Shown: piece after piece, positions 9,877 through 19,425 of the stretch
Position numbering within the stretch: position 1 is the first letter of the stretch
Layout of the letters: each line of letters starts with the position of its first letter
Notes under the pieces: generated by a model
Seen by the model: only the letters and a program-made list of their open reading frames with translations
Told to the model about the DNA's origin: nothing
Databases searched by the model: none
Origin: an uncultured Bacteroidales bacterium
Lineage (GTDB): Bacteria > Bacteroidota > Bacteroidia > Bacteroidales > VadinHA17
Direction: 5' to 3'
Assembly: GCA_963782945.1 (NCBI GenBank)
Contig: CAWALO010000021.1
Span: 11,156 to 75,155 of the forward strand
DNA length: 64,000 bases
Program-made: the position numbers and the translations under genes

Positions 9877-11514
9877 ATGAAAAAAATATTTCCTGTACTT
9901 TTTTGTATGACACTTATAACATGTTTTGGCAGGACAGAATGTAAGGCTGCAAAAGATAAAACCGGAAAAACCGAGATAAATATTTCTATGGCGGATGGAG
10001 TTGTTCTGTCGACCGATGTCTATCTGCCTGGAAAGAAAGGTAAATACCCTGCTGTTCTTGTTCGTACACCTTATGATAAAACTGCTGAACAATGGATGGG
10101 TAAGGCATTTAATCTTTTTGGAATTGCAGTTGTTGTTCAGGATGTAAGAGGCAAGCATAAGTCTGCCGGTGACTATTATCCATTCATAAATGAACGTTCA
10201 GATGGGTTACAGACATTAAGGTGGATAAGGTCGCAACCCTGGTCAGATGGTACAATTGCAGGATGGGGTGGCAGTTATGTCGGATATACACAATGGGCTA
10301 TTGCAGACTCATTGAATTTTCTTACTCCCTTATTGACTGGCGCCAACTTATACGATTTTACATATCCGGACAACCTTTTTTCCCTGCATACAGCTATCGT
10401 ATGGGGATTTCTCAATGCTTCGCAGACTTTGAATACTATTGCTCCTGAAAAACTGGCTGCCGCGACAATGATACTCCCTCTTTCAGCAGCTGACGATTCT
10501 ACAATTAAAGATATCTCATTTATTAATGACTGGCTTATCCATGAGAAATATGACAATTACTGGCAAAAAATGAATTTCAGAGGTATTACCAAGTCTCCTC
10601 TCATTTCTATTGCCGGCTGGCAGGATATTTTTCTCAAAACACAGATAGATGATTTCGAAGCTCTGTCAGCAAATGGGAATCCTGAAAACAGATTGATTAT
10701 TGGGCCCTGGTGCCATGGGAACCAGGGAGAGAAGAACGAATACGGAGGATTGAAAAAGACCGGAAAACCGTCACTCATTTACAGATATACGAAAAAGTAC
10801 ATTAAAGGTAAAAAAATTAAACTTACTTCGCCTTTTAAAGATGAAAAGTACAATCTTTTTATTATGGAGAGGAATGAGTATATCGGATCAAAGACATGGC
10901 CACCCAGGGAAACAATGATAATTCCATATTACCTGGGGCCATCGGGCTACATAGGAGAAATGAAATACCACGACAATTGTAACCTGGAGTATGAATACTG
11001 CCCCTCAGATCCATATCCAAGTATAGGTGGAACTATACTTGGAGAAGGCGTTGGTCCCTCCAGACAAAACAGGAATACAGACCGCAAGGATCAGCTTGTT
11101 TTTGAAATGAGTATAACGGACAAACCGCTAACTCTTCTTGGTCCTGTAAGCGCAACACTCTGGCTCTCCAGTGATGTGCCATGCACTGACTTTATAGTTT
11201 GTCTTCAGGATGTTTTCCCTGATGGCAGGATAATAAACATACAGGAAGGCGGAGCAAGAGTAAGATTCAAGGGTACGCAACCTGAAAAAAATGAGATCTC
11301 TGTATGGGCAACCGGATATCAGATCAATACCGGACACAAGTTAAGGGTGGTTGTTGCATCAAGCTGGTTCCCCCGCTATAACCGGACTCTAAACTCATGT
11401 GAACCAATATACTCGGCAATTGTTATGATTAATGCCCACCAGAAGGTCTGGTTCGGTGGTGATACCCCTTCATCAGTGAATCTTCCCGTTTATGTAACTT
11501 CCAATAAAAACTAA
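9877..11514 (+). CDS. CocE/NonD family alpha/beta hydrolase (X-Pro dipeptidyl-peptidase S15-like)
   Basis: DGVVLSTDVYLPGKKGKYPAVLVRTPYDKT is the family N-terminal block. GGSYVGYTQW is the nucleophile elbow. A signal peptide is present. Confidence 0.75.
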   Translation: MKKIFPVLFCMTLITCFGRTECKAAKDKTGKTEINISMADGVVLSTDVYLPGKKGKYPAVLVRTPYDKTAEQWMGKAFNLFGIAVVVQDVRGKHKSAGDYYPFINERSDGLQTLRWIRSQPWSDGTIAGWGGSYVGYTQWAIADSLNFLTPLLTGANLYDFTYPDNLFSLHTAIVWGFLNASQTLNTIAPEKLAAATMILPLSAADDSTIKDISFINDWLIHEKYDNYWQKMNFRGITKSPLISIAGWQDIFLKTQIDDFEALSANGNPENRLIIGPWCHGNQGEKNEYGGLKKTGKPSLIYRYTKKYIKGKKIKLTSPFKDEKYNLFIMERNEYIGSKTWPPRETMIIPYYLGPSGYIGEMKYHDNCNLEYEYCPSDPYPSIGGTILGEGVGPSRQNRNTDRKDQLVFEMSITDKPLTLLGPVSATLWLSSDVPCTDFIVCLQDVFPDGRIINIQEGGARVRFKGTQPEKNEISVWATGYQINTGHKLRVVVASSWFPRYNRTLNSCEPIYSAIVMINAHQKVWFGGDTPSSVNLPVYVTSNKN

Positions 11515-11547
11515 GAGCAAAGTCAGATAAACTTAAAACCCTGAAAA

Positions 11548-12195
11548 ATGAATTTAGATGAAATCTTAAGGACGGATATAAAATCGTCACTTACAAAATC
11601 GGGCCTGCTGCTCTTCCTGGCAGGTTTTATGATCTTTATGGGAATCATAACAGGTGAGATATTCTATAAAAAGGCTTTTAATACACGGGATAATTATATC
11701 AGCGAACTCGGTGCTCCCCTGCCTCCTGAAACCATAGCTCAGGAGCCATCAGCCTCAATCTTCAATTACACAATGATTTTAAGTGGCTTAATGATAATGA
11801 TTGCCACTTTTTTTATACAGAGGGTGTTTAAAAAATTTATAACATCAGTTCCTCTTGGACTGTTTGGTATCGGAATACTGGGAGTAGGCATTTTCCCCGG
11901 GAACATTGCGCCATGGCATGGAATTTTTGCTCTTTTGCTCTTTATTGCAGGAGGTATCGGAGCTATTACCTCATATAAAATATTGAGCGCGCCGCTTAAA
12001 TATTTATTCATCTTTTTTGGCATAATCACTCTCGTTTTTCTTATTGGCTACAAATATTTTGTTCCGTCTCTGGGTGTCGGAGGAACTGAAAGATGGGTAT
12101 TTTACCCGGAATTATTCTGGATGACAGGACTGGGTGGCTACCTGCTGGGAATTAAAGATGAGTACAGACATATTTCCCATGTAAAACCTGATTAA
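11548..12195 (+). CDS. DUF998-like polytopic membrane protein
   Basis: 215 aa with about six hydrophobic spans. The NYISELGA motif after TM1 is typical of DUF998. Confidence 0.5.
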   Translation: MNLDEILRTDIKSSLTKSGLLLFLAGFMIFMGIITGEIFYKKAFNTRDNYISELGAPLPPETIAQEPSASIFNYTMILSGLMIMIATFFIQRVFKKFITSVPLGLFGIGILGVGIFPGNIAPWHGIFALLLFIAGGIGAITSYKILSAPLKYLFIFFGIITLVFLIGYKYFVPSLGVGGTERWVFYPELFWMTGLGGYLLGIKDEYRHISHVKPD

Positions 12196-12247
12196 TTAAC
12201 TAAATTCATTAATTTACTAATCCATAATTTTTTATTCCTGTATAAGC

Positions 12248-13252
12248 ATGACCAGAAGAGAAGTGATTAAAACAGTGCTGGACGGAAATAAACCTCCCTA
12301 TACACCATGGTCATTCAAATTTACTGTAGAGGCAAAAGAGCTTCTGATTGACCATTACAAAACAGAAGATCTTGATAACATCCTTCATAATCATATACTG
12401 GAACTTGGAGCAGATATTGGCTTTTTCGACAGGATTGGTGATGATTTATATCGTGATATTTTCGGAGCAGTATGGGACAGGAGCATAGATAAAGATATCG
12501 GGAATGTTGTCGGAAGCATAATCAGTGAGCCTTCACTGAAAAATTACACCTTCCCTGATCCTCTGGACAAGCGGATCTTCGCAGATATCGAACCATCAAT
12601 TAAATCACATCCTGATATGTTCAGGCTATTTGAGATCGGTTTTTCACTCTATGAGCGGGCCTGGACTCTAAGGGGAATGGAGAACCTCCTGATGGATTTT
12701 ATGGTGAACCCGGATTTTGTCCATGAGCTAATGACTGCCATTACAGATTATAATATTGCCCAGCTCAGGGAGGCTGTTAAATATGATATCGATGCTGTTG
12801 CCTTTGGAGACGACTGGGGACAGCAGAGCGGCCTCATAATGGGCTATGACACATGGAAGGAGTTCATCTATCCTCATCTTAAACGTATGTATAAGGCAGT
12901 GCATGACGAAGGAAAGTATGTCTTCATCCACTCATGCGGCGACGTTGACGAACTATTTGACGATCTGATAGATATAGGACTGAACTGCTTTAATCCTTTT
13001 CAACCTGAGGTAATGGATGTCCATGCTTTAATGAAAAAATACCGTGGCAGACTGACTTTCCACGGAGGATTATCAATTCAAAAAACTCTTCCTTATGGAA
13101 CACCTGAGGATGTTAAGGCAGAATCTGAAAACCTGTTGAAGGCAGGTTCAGAAGGATCATATATCTTCTCTCCTTCCCATGCAGTTGAAGGGGATACCTC
13201 ACTTGAAAACATTCTCACATTTATTAAGGCTGCCCAATCGCAAATAAAATAG
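12248..13252 (+). CDS. uroporphyrinogen decarboxylase (URO-D) family protein
   Basis: FGDDWGQQSGLIMGYDTWKEFIYPHLKRMYKAVHDEGKYVFIHSCGDVDELFDDLIDIGLNCFNPFQPE matches the URO-D/MtaA-type TIM-barrel block. Confidence 0.7.
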   Translation: MTRREVIKTVLDGNKPPYTPWSFKFTVEAKELLIDHYKTEDLDNILHNHILELGADIGFFDRIGDDLYRDIFGAVWDRSIDKDIGNVVGSIISEPSLKNYTFPDPLDKRIFADIEPSIKSHPDMFRLFEIGFSLYERAWTLRGMENLLMDFMVNPDFVHELMTAITDYNIAQLREAVKYDIDAVAFGDDWGQQSGLIMGYDTWKEFIYPHLKRMYKAVHDEGKYVFIHSCGDVDELFDDLIDIGLNCFNPFQPEVMDVHALMKKYRGRLTFHGGLSIQKTLPYGTPEDVKAESENLLKAGSEGSYIFSPSHAVEGDTSLENILTFIKAAQSQIK

Positions 13253-14666
13253 TTGAAAAAGATGGCTGTCAGTAAAAAAATCAACACCGGATATGTAATG
13301 TTCCTTGCAATTGTTTCGGCAATGGGTGGACTTCTGTTCGGATACGACTGGGTGGTGATCGGAGGAGCAAAACCTTTTTATGAACGATATTTTGAAATAG
13401 CATCGTCCGCCACCTATCAGGGCTTTGCGATGAGCAGTGCACTATTCGGCTGCATTATCGGTGCCGCAGTATCCGGAAATATCACTGATAAATACGGAAG
13501 GAAGCTTCCTCTCCTGTTTTCAGCCTTCCTCTTCATCATCACATCTCTGGGAACAGGTGCTTTCAATTCATTTACTTCATTTATGATCTTCAGGATAATG
13601 GGAGGAATAGGCATTGGCATTGCCTCAAATGTATCACCTGTATATATCGCTGAAATATCGCCAGCCCATATGAGAGGCAAGCTTGTAGCAATAAACCAGT
13701 TCACAATTGCATTTGGCGTTCTGGCTGCACAGCTAACCAATATGATAATTGCCGAACCAGTTGCTGTAGGGGCAACTGATGAGATCATTCGCAATTCATG
13801 GAACGGACAGATGGGCTGGAGATGGATGTTCTGGGCTTGCAGTGTTCCTGCTACCCTCTTTTTTATCCTTATGTGGCTTGTACCTGAAAGTCCAAGATGG
13901 CTCACAAAAGCCGGAAGGAAAGAGAAGGCTTTCAGGGTATTTGAAAGGATAGGAGGAAAAGAATATGCTGAGAACCGAGATAGAAGATATAAGCCTGACA
14001 CTTTCATTGTCAGAAAAACATGGTACAAAAGAAAAATTCAGCCAGCTCTTCTCCGGAAAGCTGGCACCAATAATCACACTTGGAGTAATACTGGCAGTAT
14101 TCCAGCAATGGTGCGGAATAAATGTCATCTTCAACTATGCAGAAGAAATATTCTCTGCAGCAGGTTATGGAATCTCAGGTACATTATTCAATATTGTGTT
14201 AACAGGTAGCGTAAGTCTGATATTCACTGTACTGGCAATGTTCATGGTTGACAGGTGGGGCCGTAAAGCACTCATGCTTACCGGTGCAGGCGGACTTGCT
14301 ATTGTTTATGTAATAATTGCTGCCGGATATTATCTGCACTTTAAGGGCATTTTCATGGTCTTCTGGGTTGTTACAGCCATAAGTATTTATGGACTTACAC
14401 TTGCTCCTATTACATGGGTTTTGCTATCTGAGATCTTTCCGAATAAAGTCCGGGGACATGCTATGTCTGTTGCAACTTTCGCACTGTGGACATCATGTGC
14501 CATCCTTACCTTATCATTCCCCTTCCTGAACAGGGGACTAGGCACCTCAGGGACATTCGGGGTTTATGCTGCAATATGTTTTATGGGATTCTTCTATATA
14601 TTGAAAAAACTTCCTGAAACAAAAGGCAAATCACTTGAACAGATAGAAAGAGAGCTGACATCATAA
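13253..14666 (+). pseudogene. MFS sugar porter (XylE/GLUT type) with one frameshift near 13970..13982
   Basis: GGLLFGYDWVVIGGA, GRKLPLL and PESPRWL lie in frame 2. After ...GGKEYAEN the homology continues in frame 0 (EIEDISLTL..., QQWCGINVIFNYA, VDRWGRKAL, PETKGKSLEQIE). The likely ATG is at 13262. Confidence 0.75.
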
Positions 14667-14703
14667 TCATTGACTTGAAAAGTATCAATAATAGAATTGA
14701 AAG

Positions 14704-15888
14704 ATGACTTCAAAAGAAAGAATGGCAGCAGCAATGAGCCATTTGACTCCTGACAGGGTACCTGTTATGTGCCAATTGTCAATCGGACATTATTTCCTGA
14801 ACTGCAAATACCAGCCATCAAGGATCTGGTTCGATTCCGAAACATTTGCACTCGCCATCACCAGTCTGCAGAAAGAATATAAGTTCGATGGCGTTCTGAT
14901 TAATCTGCCGGGCCGTCCATACGACTGGGAAAAGTATCTGGCATCTGAGGAAAAACAAGGAAGTTCTGAAAAACTGATCTGGAAGAATGGGTACGAAACT
15001 ATAGTCCCGAATGATGACAATGCACATACTTTTCTTCCGGGAAGGATCCCTTTGCCACGTGCTGCATTTGAGACAACAGATCCTGAAGACACTTCAACAT
15101 TCATTAATCCGGGTTACATCTGGAGCACTTATCATATGCCTGAACTCTGGGGATTCGACCCTGATGCCGATCTGACTGACCCTGTATCATATCCGGGATC
15201 ATTTACCAATGCTCTGAAAGCTGTTAAAAAACACGCCGGTGATATTTCAATACATGCAGAGGTATTCTCTCCCTTCACCCATCTTCTTGAACTCTTCGGT
15301 TACCAGGAAGCTTTGATGGGGATGATGATCTACCCTGACATATGCAAAAAGCTGCTTGAATATTTCACTAAGATAACCCTGGCTGAGGTAAATGTTTATG
15401 CTGCAGAGGGAGGCATCGATGCAATTTTAGTCAGTTCTGCCTTTGCAGGAGCAGGATTTATAAGCCGGGATGATTACAGGCAGTTTGTAATGCCGTATGA
15501 AGATGTAGTTTTCCAGGAGATCAAAGCCCACAATTTATTCAGTTATGTGCATACCTGCGGCGCAATTGGTGACCGCCTTGACCTGATGGCCCAGACCTCT
15601 GTCGACGGTATTGATACACTTGACCCTCCTCCTTTAGGTACAGTTCACCTGAATGAAGCAAAAGAAAAATATGGGAAAAGGTTCTTCCTGAAGGGAAACC
15701 TTGATTCAATAAATGAGCTGCTTAATGCAGACGATAAAACTTTTGAGGAAGCAGTTATTGGAAGACTAAAGACCGGAAAACATGGCAGCGGATACATTTT
15801 ATCTACGGCATGCAGTGTCTCGCCATATGTTAAGCCGGAAAGGCTAAAACGACTCATTGAGCTTTCGGAGATGTTCGGCACTTATTGA
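14704..15888 (+). CDS. URO-D family protein, second divergent paralogue
   Basis: DAILVSSAFAGAGFISRDDYRQFVMPYEDVVFQEIKAHNLFSYVHTCGAIGDRLDLMAQTSVDGIDTLDP matches the URO-D family block. Confidence 0.65.
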   Translation: MTSKERMAAAMSHLTPDRVPVMCQLSIGHYFLNCKYQPSRIWFDSETFALAITSLQKEYKFDGVLINLPGRPYDWEKYLASEEKQGSSEKLIWKNGYETIVPNDDNAHTFLPGRIPLPRAAFETTDPEDTSTFINPGYIWSTYHMPELWGFDPDADLTDPVSYPGSFTNALKAVKKHAGDISIHAEVFSPFTHLLELFGYQEALMGMMIYPDICKKLLEYFTKITLAEVNVYAAEGGIDAILVSSAFAGAGFISRDDYRQFVMPYEDVVFQEIKAHNLFSYVHTCGAIGDRLDLMAQTSVDGIDTLDPPPLGTVHLNEAKEKYGKRFFLKGNLDSINELLNADDKTFEEAVIGRLKTGKHGSGYILSTACSVSPYVKPERLKRLIELSEMFGTY

Positions 15889-15927
15889 ATAATTTGGAAA
15901 GTTGCAGTTTAGAAATAGTTTCAGAGT

Positions 15928-17181
15928 ATGTATCACTTATTTAAAAACAGGTATCTCCTGGCAGCAATCTTCTTGCTCTTTTCAGCAAATGTGTTGCCGC
16001 AAAACCTTAAAAAGATATCTCAGGATGAGCTGAGGAATAAAATATCGGGATACTGGATCGGCCAGTGTGTTGGAAACTATATGGGATTCCCTTTTGAAGG
16101 AACCTATACAGAAGATCCAGTTCCTGTTTTTGTTGACAGATATTATCAGTTTGATGACGATAGTTCACTGAATATTAACAGAAATGACATTCGTGGATAC
16201 TGTCTTCTGATGACCAACTGGCTTGAGGGAGCATTTTCTGACGATGATACTGACATTGAATTTGTTACTCTGCATGCTGTTGAAAAATTCGGATTGGATA
16301 TTAATTACTCAGAAATAACCGGGATGTGGAAAAAACATATCAACCGTAAGATCTGGTGCGCCAACAGGACCGCACGCAACCTGATGGCTGAGGGATTAAT
16401 TGCTCCGGCAACCGGCAGCAAAACTAATAATGAAAACTGGTATCAGATTGATCCCCAGTTAGTGAATGAAATCTGGAGTATGTTTTACCCGGGAATGATA
16501 CGCAAAAGTGCTGAAATGGCGGAATGGGGAGCACGAATCACAAATGATGATTGGGGGACTCATCCCACAATCGCCTACGGTGTAATGTACAGCGCCGCAG
16601 TATTTGAGAAGGATGTGAACAAGCTGGTTGATCTTTCACTTAAATATATACCCGTCACCAGCCCATTTTATAAGGGCACTAAAGACGTCATAGCCTGGCA
16701 TGAACAAAATGACGACTGGCGGAAAACCCGTAAACTGATTTTTGATAAGTATTTCCATTATAAAAGCGAAGGATACGAGGCTCCTGTATCAGATGTGTCT
16801 TCATTGATCAATGGATTATTTGGAATTATGGCAGTGCTTTACGGAGAGGGAGATTTTGTCAAAACAACAGGCATTGCAGTTTCAGCAGGGATGGACTGCG
16901 ATAATCAGGCTGCCACCTGTGCAGGGTTGATCGGAGTTATTCACGGATTGTCAGCAATTCCAGCCGGATTGACACTTGGACTTACTGACAAGCCTTCATG
17001 GAAGGTTCCCTTTAACGATGCCTATATCAACTTTACCCGGGATGACTTACCCACGTTTACAAAGATCAGTGACATTGTCAGCAGGATACTGGCAATTGCT
17101 GAAAATGCAATTATCGAAAACGGAGGGGAAAAAATCATCGAGGGAAATAAAGTATTTTACCTCATCAGAAGCGATCTGTAG
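15928..17181 (+). CDS. ADP-ribosylglycohydrolase (ARH)-fold protein with a predicted N-terminal signal peptide
   Basis: MYHLFKNRYLLAAIFLLFSANVLPQ is signal-like. GYWIGQCVGNYMGFPFEG, DDDTDIEF and GMDCDNQAATCAGLIGVIHG match the ARH metal-binding blocks. Confidence 0.7.
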   Translation: MYHLFKNRYLLAAIFLLFSANVLPQNLKKISQDELRNKISGYWIGQCVGNYMGFPFEGTYTEDPVPVFVDRYYQFDDDSSLNINRNDIRGYCLLMTNWLEGAFSDDDTDIEFVTLHAVEKFGLDINYSEITGMWKKHINRKIWCANRTARNLMAEGLIAPATGSKTNNENWYQIDPQLVNEIWSMFYPGMIRKSAEMAEWGARITNDDWGTHPTIAYGVMYSAAVFEKDVNKLVDLSLKYIPVTSPFYKGTKDVIAWHEQNDDWRKTRKLIFDKYFHYKSEGYEAPVSDVSSLINGLFGIMAVLYGEGDFVKTTGIAVSAGMDCDNQAATCAGLIGVIHGLSAIPAGLTLGLTDKPSWKVPFNDAYINFTRDDLPTFTKISDIVSRILAIAENAIIENGGEKIIEGNKVFYLIRSDL

Positions 17182-17184
17182 TTT

Positions 17185-19350
17185 ATGAACAGGAGGAGCT
17201 TTTTTGGAAAGACCGTTGCGGCAGGATTAACCGCATTTATCCCGGTAAATTTACTGGAATCATTTTCTGTTCAAATGAAAGGCAGTCAGTTCAATGATGA
17301 TCTGATGGACAGCAATGACATAATTCCTGCACCCGATGACCCTGGTCTTTGGGAAGAGTGGCGAATAGCATTGCAAAGCTGGCGAAAAAGGAAACAATCA
17401 CAATTAAAGTATGACGGAACAAGCTACCTGTCAGATCCATTCAAATGGGTTTCCTCAAACTTTTCCTGCTGTTTTATAATGATTTGTGATTCTGACTTTT
17501 ATGATTATAAAGCCAATGAATACCGAATAAGCGGTCTTATAAAAAGAGGGAAGCAGGAATACGGCGGATATGACAGTGTGGTTCTCTGGCACGCGTATCC
17601 GAGAATAGGACTGGATGACAGGAACCAGTTTGATTTTTACAGGGAGATGCCTCACGGGCTGTCAGGCATAAAAGAAGTCACAGAGCAATTCCATCAGGCA
17701 GGGATTAAGGTTTTCATTGACTATAACCCGTGGGATAAAGGAACCAGAAGAGAACAGCAACCCGATATTGATCTCCTTATTGATTTGCTGAAATCCATTG
17801 ATGCTGATGGCATATTCCTCGATACCATGAAGGATGCTCCCGGTTTCAGGGAAAAGCTGGACTCAGTAAAGGAAGGAATAGTCCTGGAGGGAGAAATTGC
17901 CCTGCCATTGGAACATATTCAGAGCCATCACATGTCATGGGCACAATGGTTCAAAGACAGCAATGTACCGGGAGTGTACAGGAACAAATGGTTTGAAAGG
18001 CACCATATGCAGCATGCCATTGCACGGTGGAGCGCTGACAGGAATCCCCAGCTCCAGACAGCATGGATGAACGGAAGCGGCATCATGATCTGGGAGAATG
18101 TTTTCGGACAACTGCTTGGGTGGAACGAAAAGGACAAAACAACGATCAGGTGTATAACCTCTATCCAGAGAAGATATAAAGAGCTGTTCTCAGGTGAGAA
18201 CTGGATCCCTCTTTCTGACAGGTCTTCTGTCGATGGCATCTACATCAGCTCATGGGGAAACAACGATCTTAAAATCCGGACACTGGTGAACAGGCTTGAC
18301 AATGAAATCTCAGGCGAACTTTTCAAGTCTGAGTATGACCCGGGGGTAAGGTGGTTCGATCTGGTATCGGGTGAGGAGATCCATCCTGAAATTATGAAAT
18401 CCCTCCTGTCCATAAAGGGCACGATAGCTCCGCGGGGAATTGCCTGCTTCCTCTCTGTGATACGAACCAGGGTTGATAAGGATCTAATGGATTTTCTTGC
18501 ATTCCAGAAGGGTCTTCGGGAGTATTCATCAGAGGATACCAGCGAGCCTGTGGTTCAGATCGCAGCGGTTAAGGTCCCCTTTGTGAGTACAAAGCCCGGA
18601 AAAGCAAGGGGAATGGCAGTGATCCCGGGTGCATCGTTAAACATCAAAACGGAATTCAGATTCAGGGAACCCGGAGGATATGGCAACATTCAGAATCACC
18701 TTAAACTGGCGGCATCTCACACACTTCATTCTGGATGCCAGATAGAAAAACAGACTGACATAAAGAAATTTGCAATTGACCGGACCCCTGTAACGAATGC
18801 TCAGTTCCTTGATTTTCAAAATAAGTCAGGCTATAAACCCCGGATATCAGATAATTTCCTGAAACACTGGAAAAACGGAATTATACCGGCCGGAAAGGAA
18901 AACCATCCGGTTGTTTACGTGGATATCAACGATGCTGTTGCATATGCAGAATGGGCGGGAAAGAGACTCCCAACTGAGGAGGAGTGGCAGTACGCCGCCA
19001 TGGGACCGGAAGCCCTGACATATCCATGGGGAAATGAACCGGACAAAAACAAATGCAACCAGAATCTGAATGGCGAAACCACCGAGGTAAATGGCTATCC
19101 CGAAGGGGCCTCACCTTTCGGGTGCCTTGATATGTGCGGCAATGTATGGGAACTTACCGGCAGGATCTATTCCGACGGAAGAACAAGATTCGTCATGCTA
19201 AAGGGAGGTTCATGCTACAAAGCTGAAGGTTCGGAATGGTATTTTGACGGAGGACCTCAGAAAAACAGCTTTGTTGCAAAGATGCTGCTGATATGGCCAG
19301 GTCTCGACAGGTGTTCCACTGTAGGGTTCAGATGCGCTGCTGATTTATGA
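17185..19350 (+). CDS. Tat-signal protein: N-terminal TIM-barrel-like glycan-enzyme-like domain fused to a C-terminal FGE/SUMF1-type domain
   Basis: MNRRSFFGKTVAAGLTAF is a twin-arginine motif. The central region has KVFIDYNPWD and DADGIFLDTMKD. The C-terminus has HPVVYVDINDAVAYAEWAGKRLPTEEEWQYAA, YPWGNE, GNVWELT and GFRCA (FGE-sulfatase fold). Confidence 0.65.
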   Translation: MNRRSFFGKTVAAGLTAFIPVNLLESFSVQMKGSQFNDDLMDSNDIIPAPDDPGLWEEWRIALQSWRKRKQSQLKYDGTSYLSDPFKWVSSNFSCCFIMICDSDFYDYKANEYRISGLIKRGKQEYGGYDSVVLWHAYPRIGLDDRNQFDFYREMPHGLSGIKEVTEQFHQAGIKVFIDYNPWDKGTRREQQPDIDLLIDLLKSIDADGIFLDTMKDAPGFREKLDSVKEGIVLEGEIALPLEHIQSHHMSWAQWFKDSNVPGVYRNKWFERHHMQHAIARWSADRNPQLQTAWMNGSGIMIWENVFGQLLGWNEKDKTTIRCITSIQRRYKELFSGENWIPLSDRSSVDGIYISSWGNNDLKIRTLVNRLDNEISGELFKSEYDPGVRWFDLVSGEEIHPEIMKSLLSIKGTIAPRGIACFLSVIRTRVDKDLMDFLAFQKGLREYSSEDTSEPVVQIAAVKVPFVSTKPGKARGMAVIPGASLNIKTEFRFREPGGYGNIQNHLKLAASHTLHSGCQIEKQTDIKKFAIDRTPVTNAQFLDFQNKSGYKPRISDNFLKHWKNGIIPAGKENHPVVYVDINDAVAYAEWAGKRLPTEEEWQYAAMGPEALTYPWGNEPDKNKCNQNLNGETTEVNGYPEGASPFGCLDMCGNVWELTGRIYSDGRTRFVMLKGGSCYKAEGSEWYFDGGPQKNSFVAKMLLIWPGLDRCSTVGFRCAADL

Positions 19351-19425
19351 AGCCCTATTACCATGTTATTTTATTGCCGCTTTATTCTTCACTCTGGTTA
19401 ATTAACAAATATTATAAGACTTTAA

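Noticed and set aside
13417-14028. Long antisense ORFs in the track, such as 13417..14028, 7559..8023, 7809..8252, 47876..48523, 39395..39928, 9775..10158, 33433..33750 and 35506..35799, that could be read as overlapping genes.
   Set aside because: Each lies opposite a gene with strong family motifs. Their translations are low-complexity or Ser/Leu/Arg-rich with no recognisable domains. They lack plausible starts with spacing from neighbours. They are typical shadow ORFs.
18700-19350. The FGE/C-type-lectin-fold C-terminus of the 721-aa protein as a diversity-generating retroelement (DGR) variable region.
   Set aside because: The window has no reverse transcriptase and no template-repeat copy of the 3' end. 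I saw no adenine-specific mismatch pattern either. The domain keeps ordinary FGE-family motifs.
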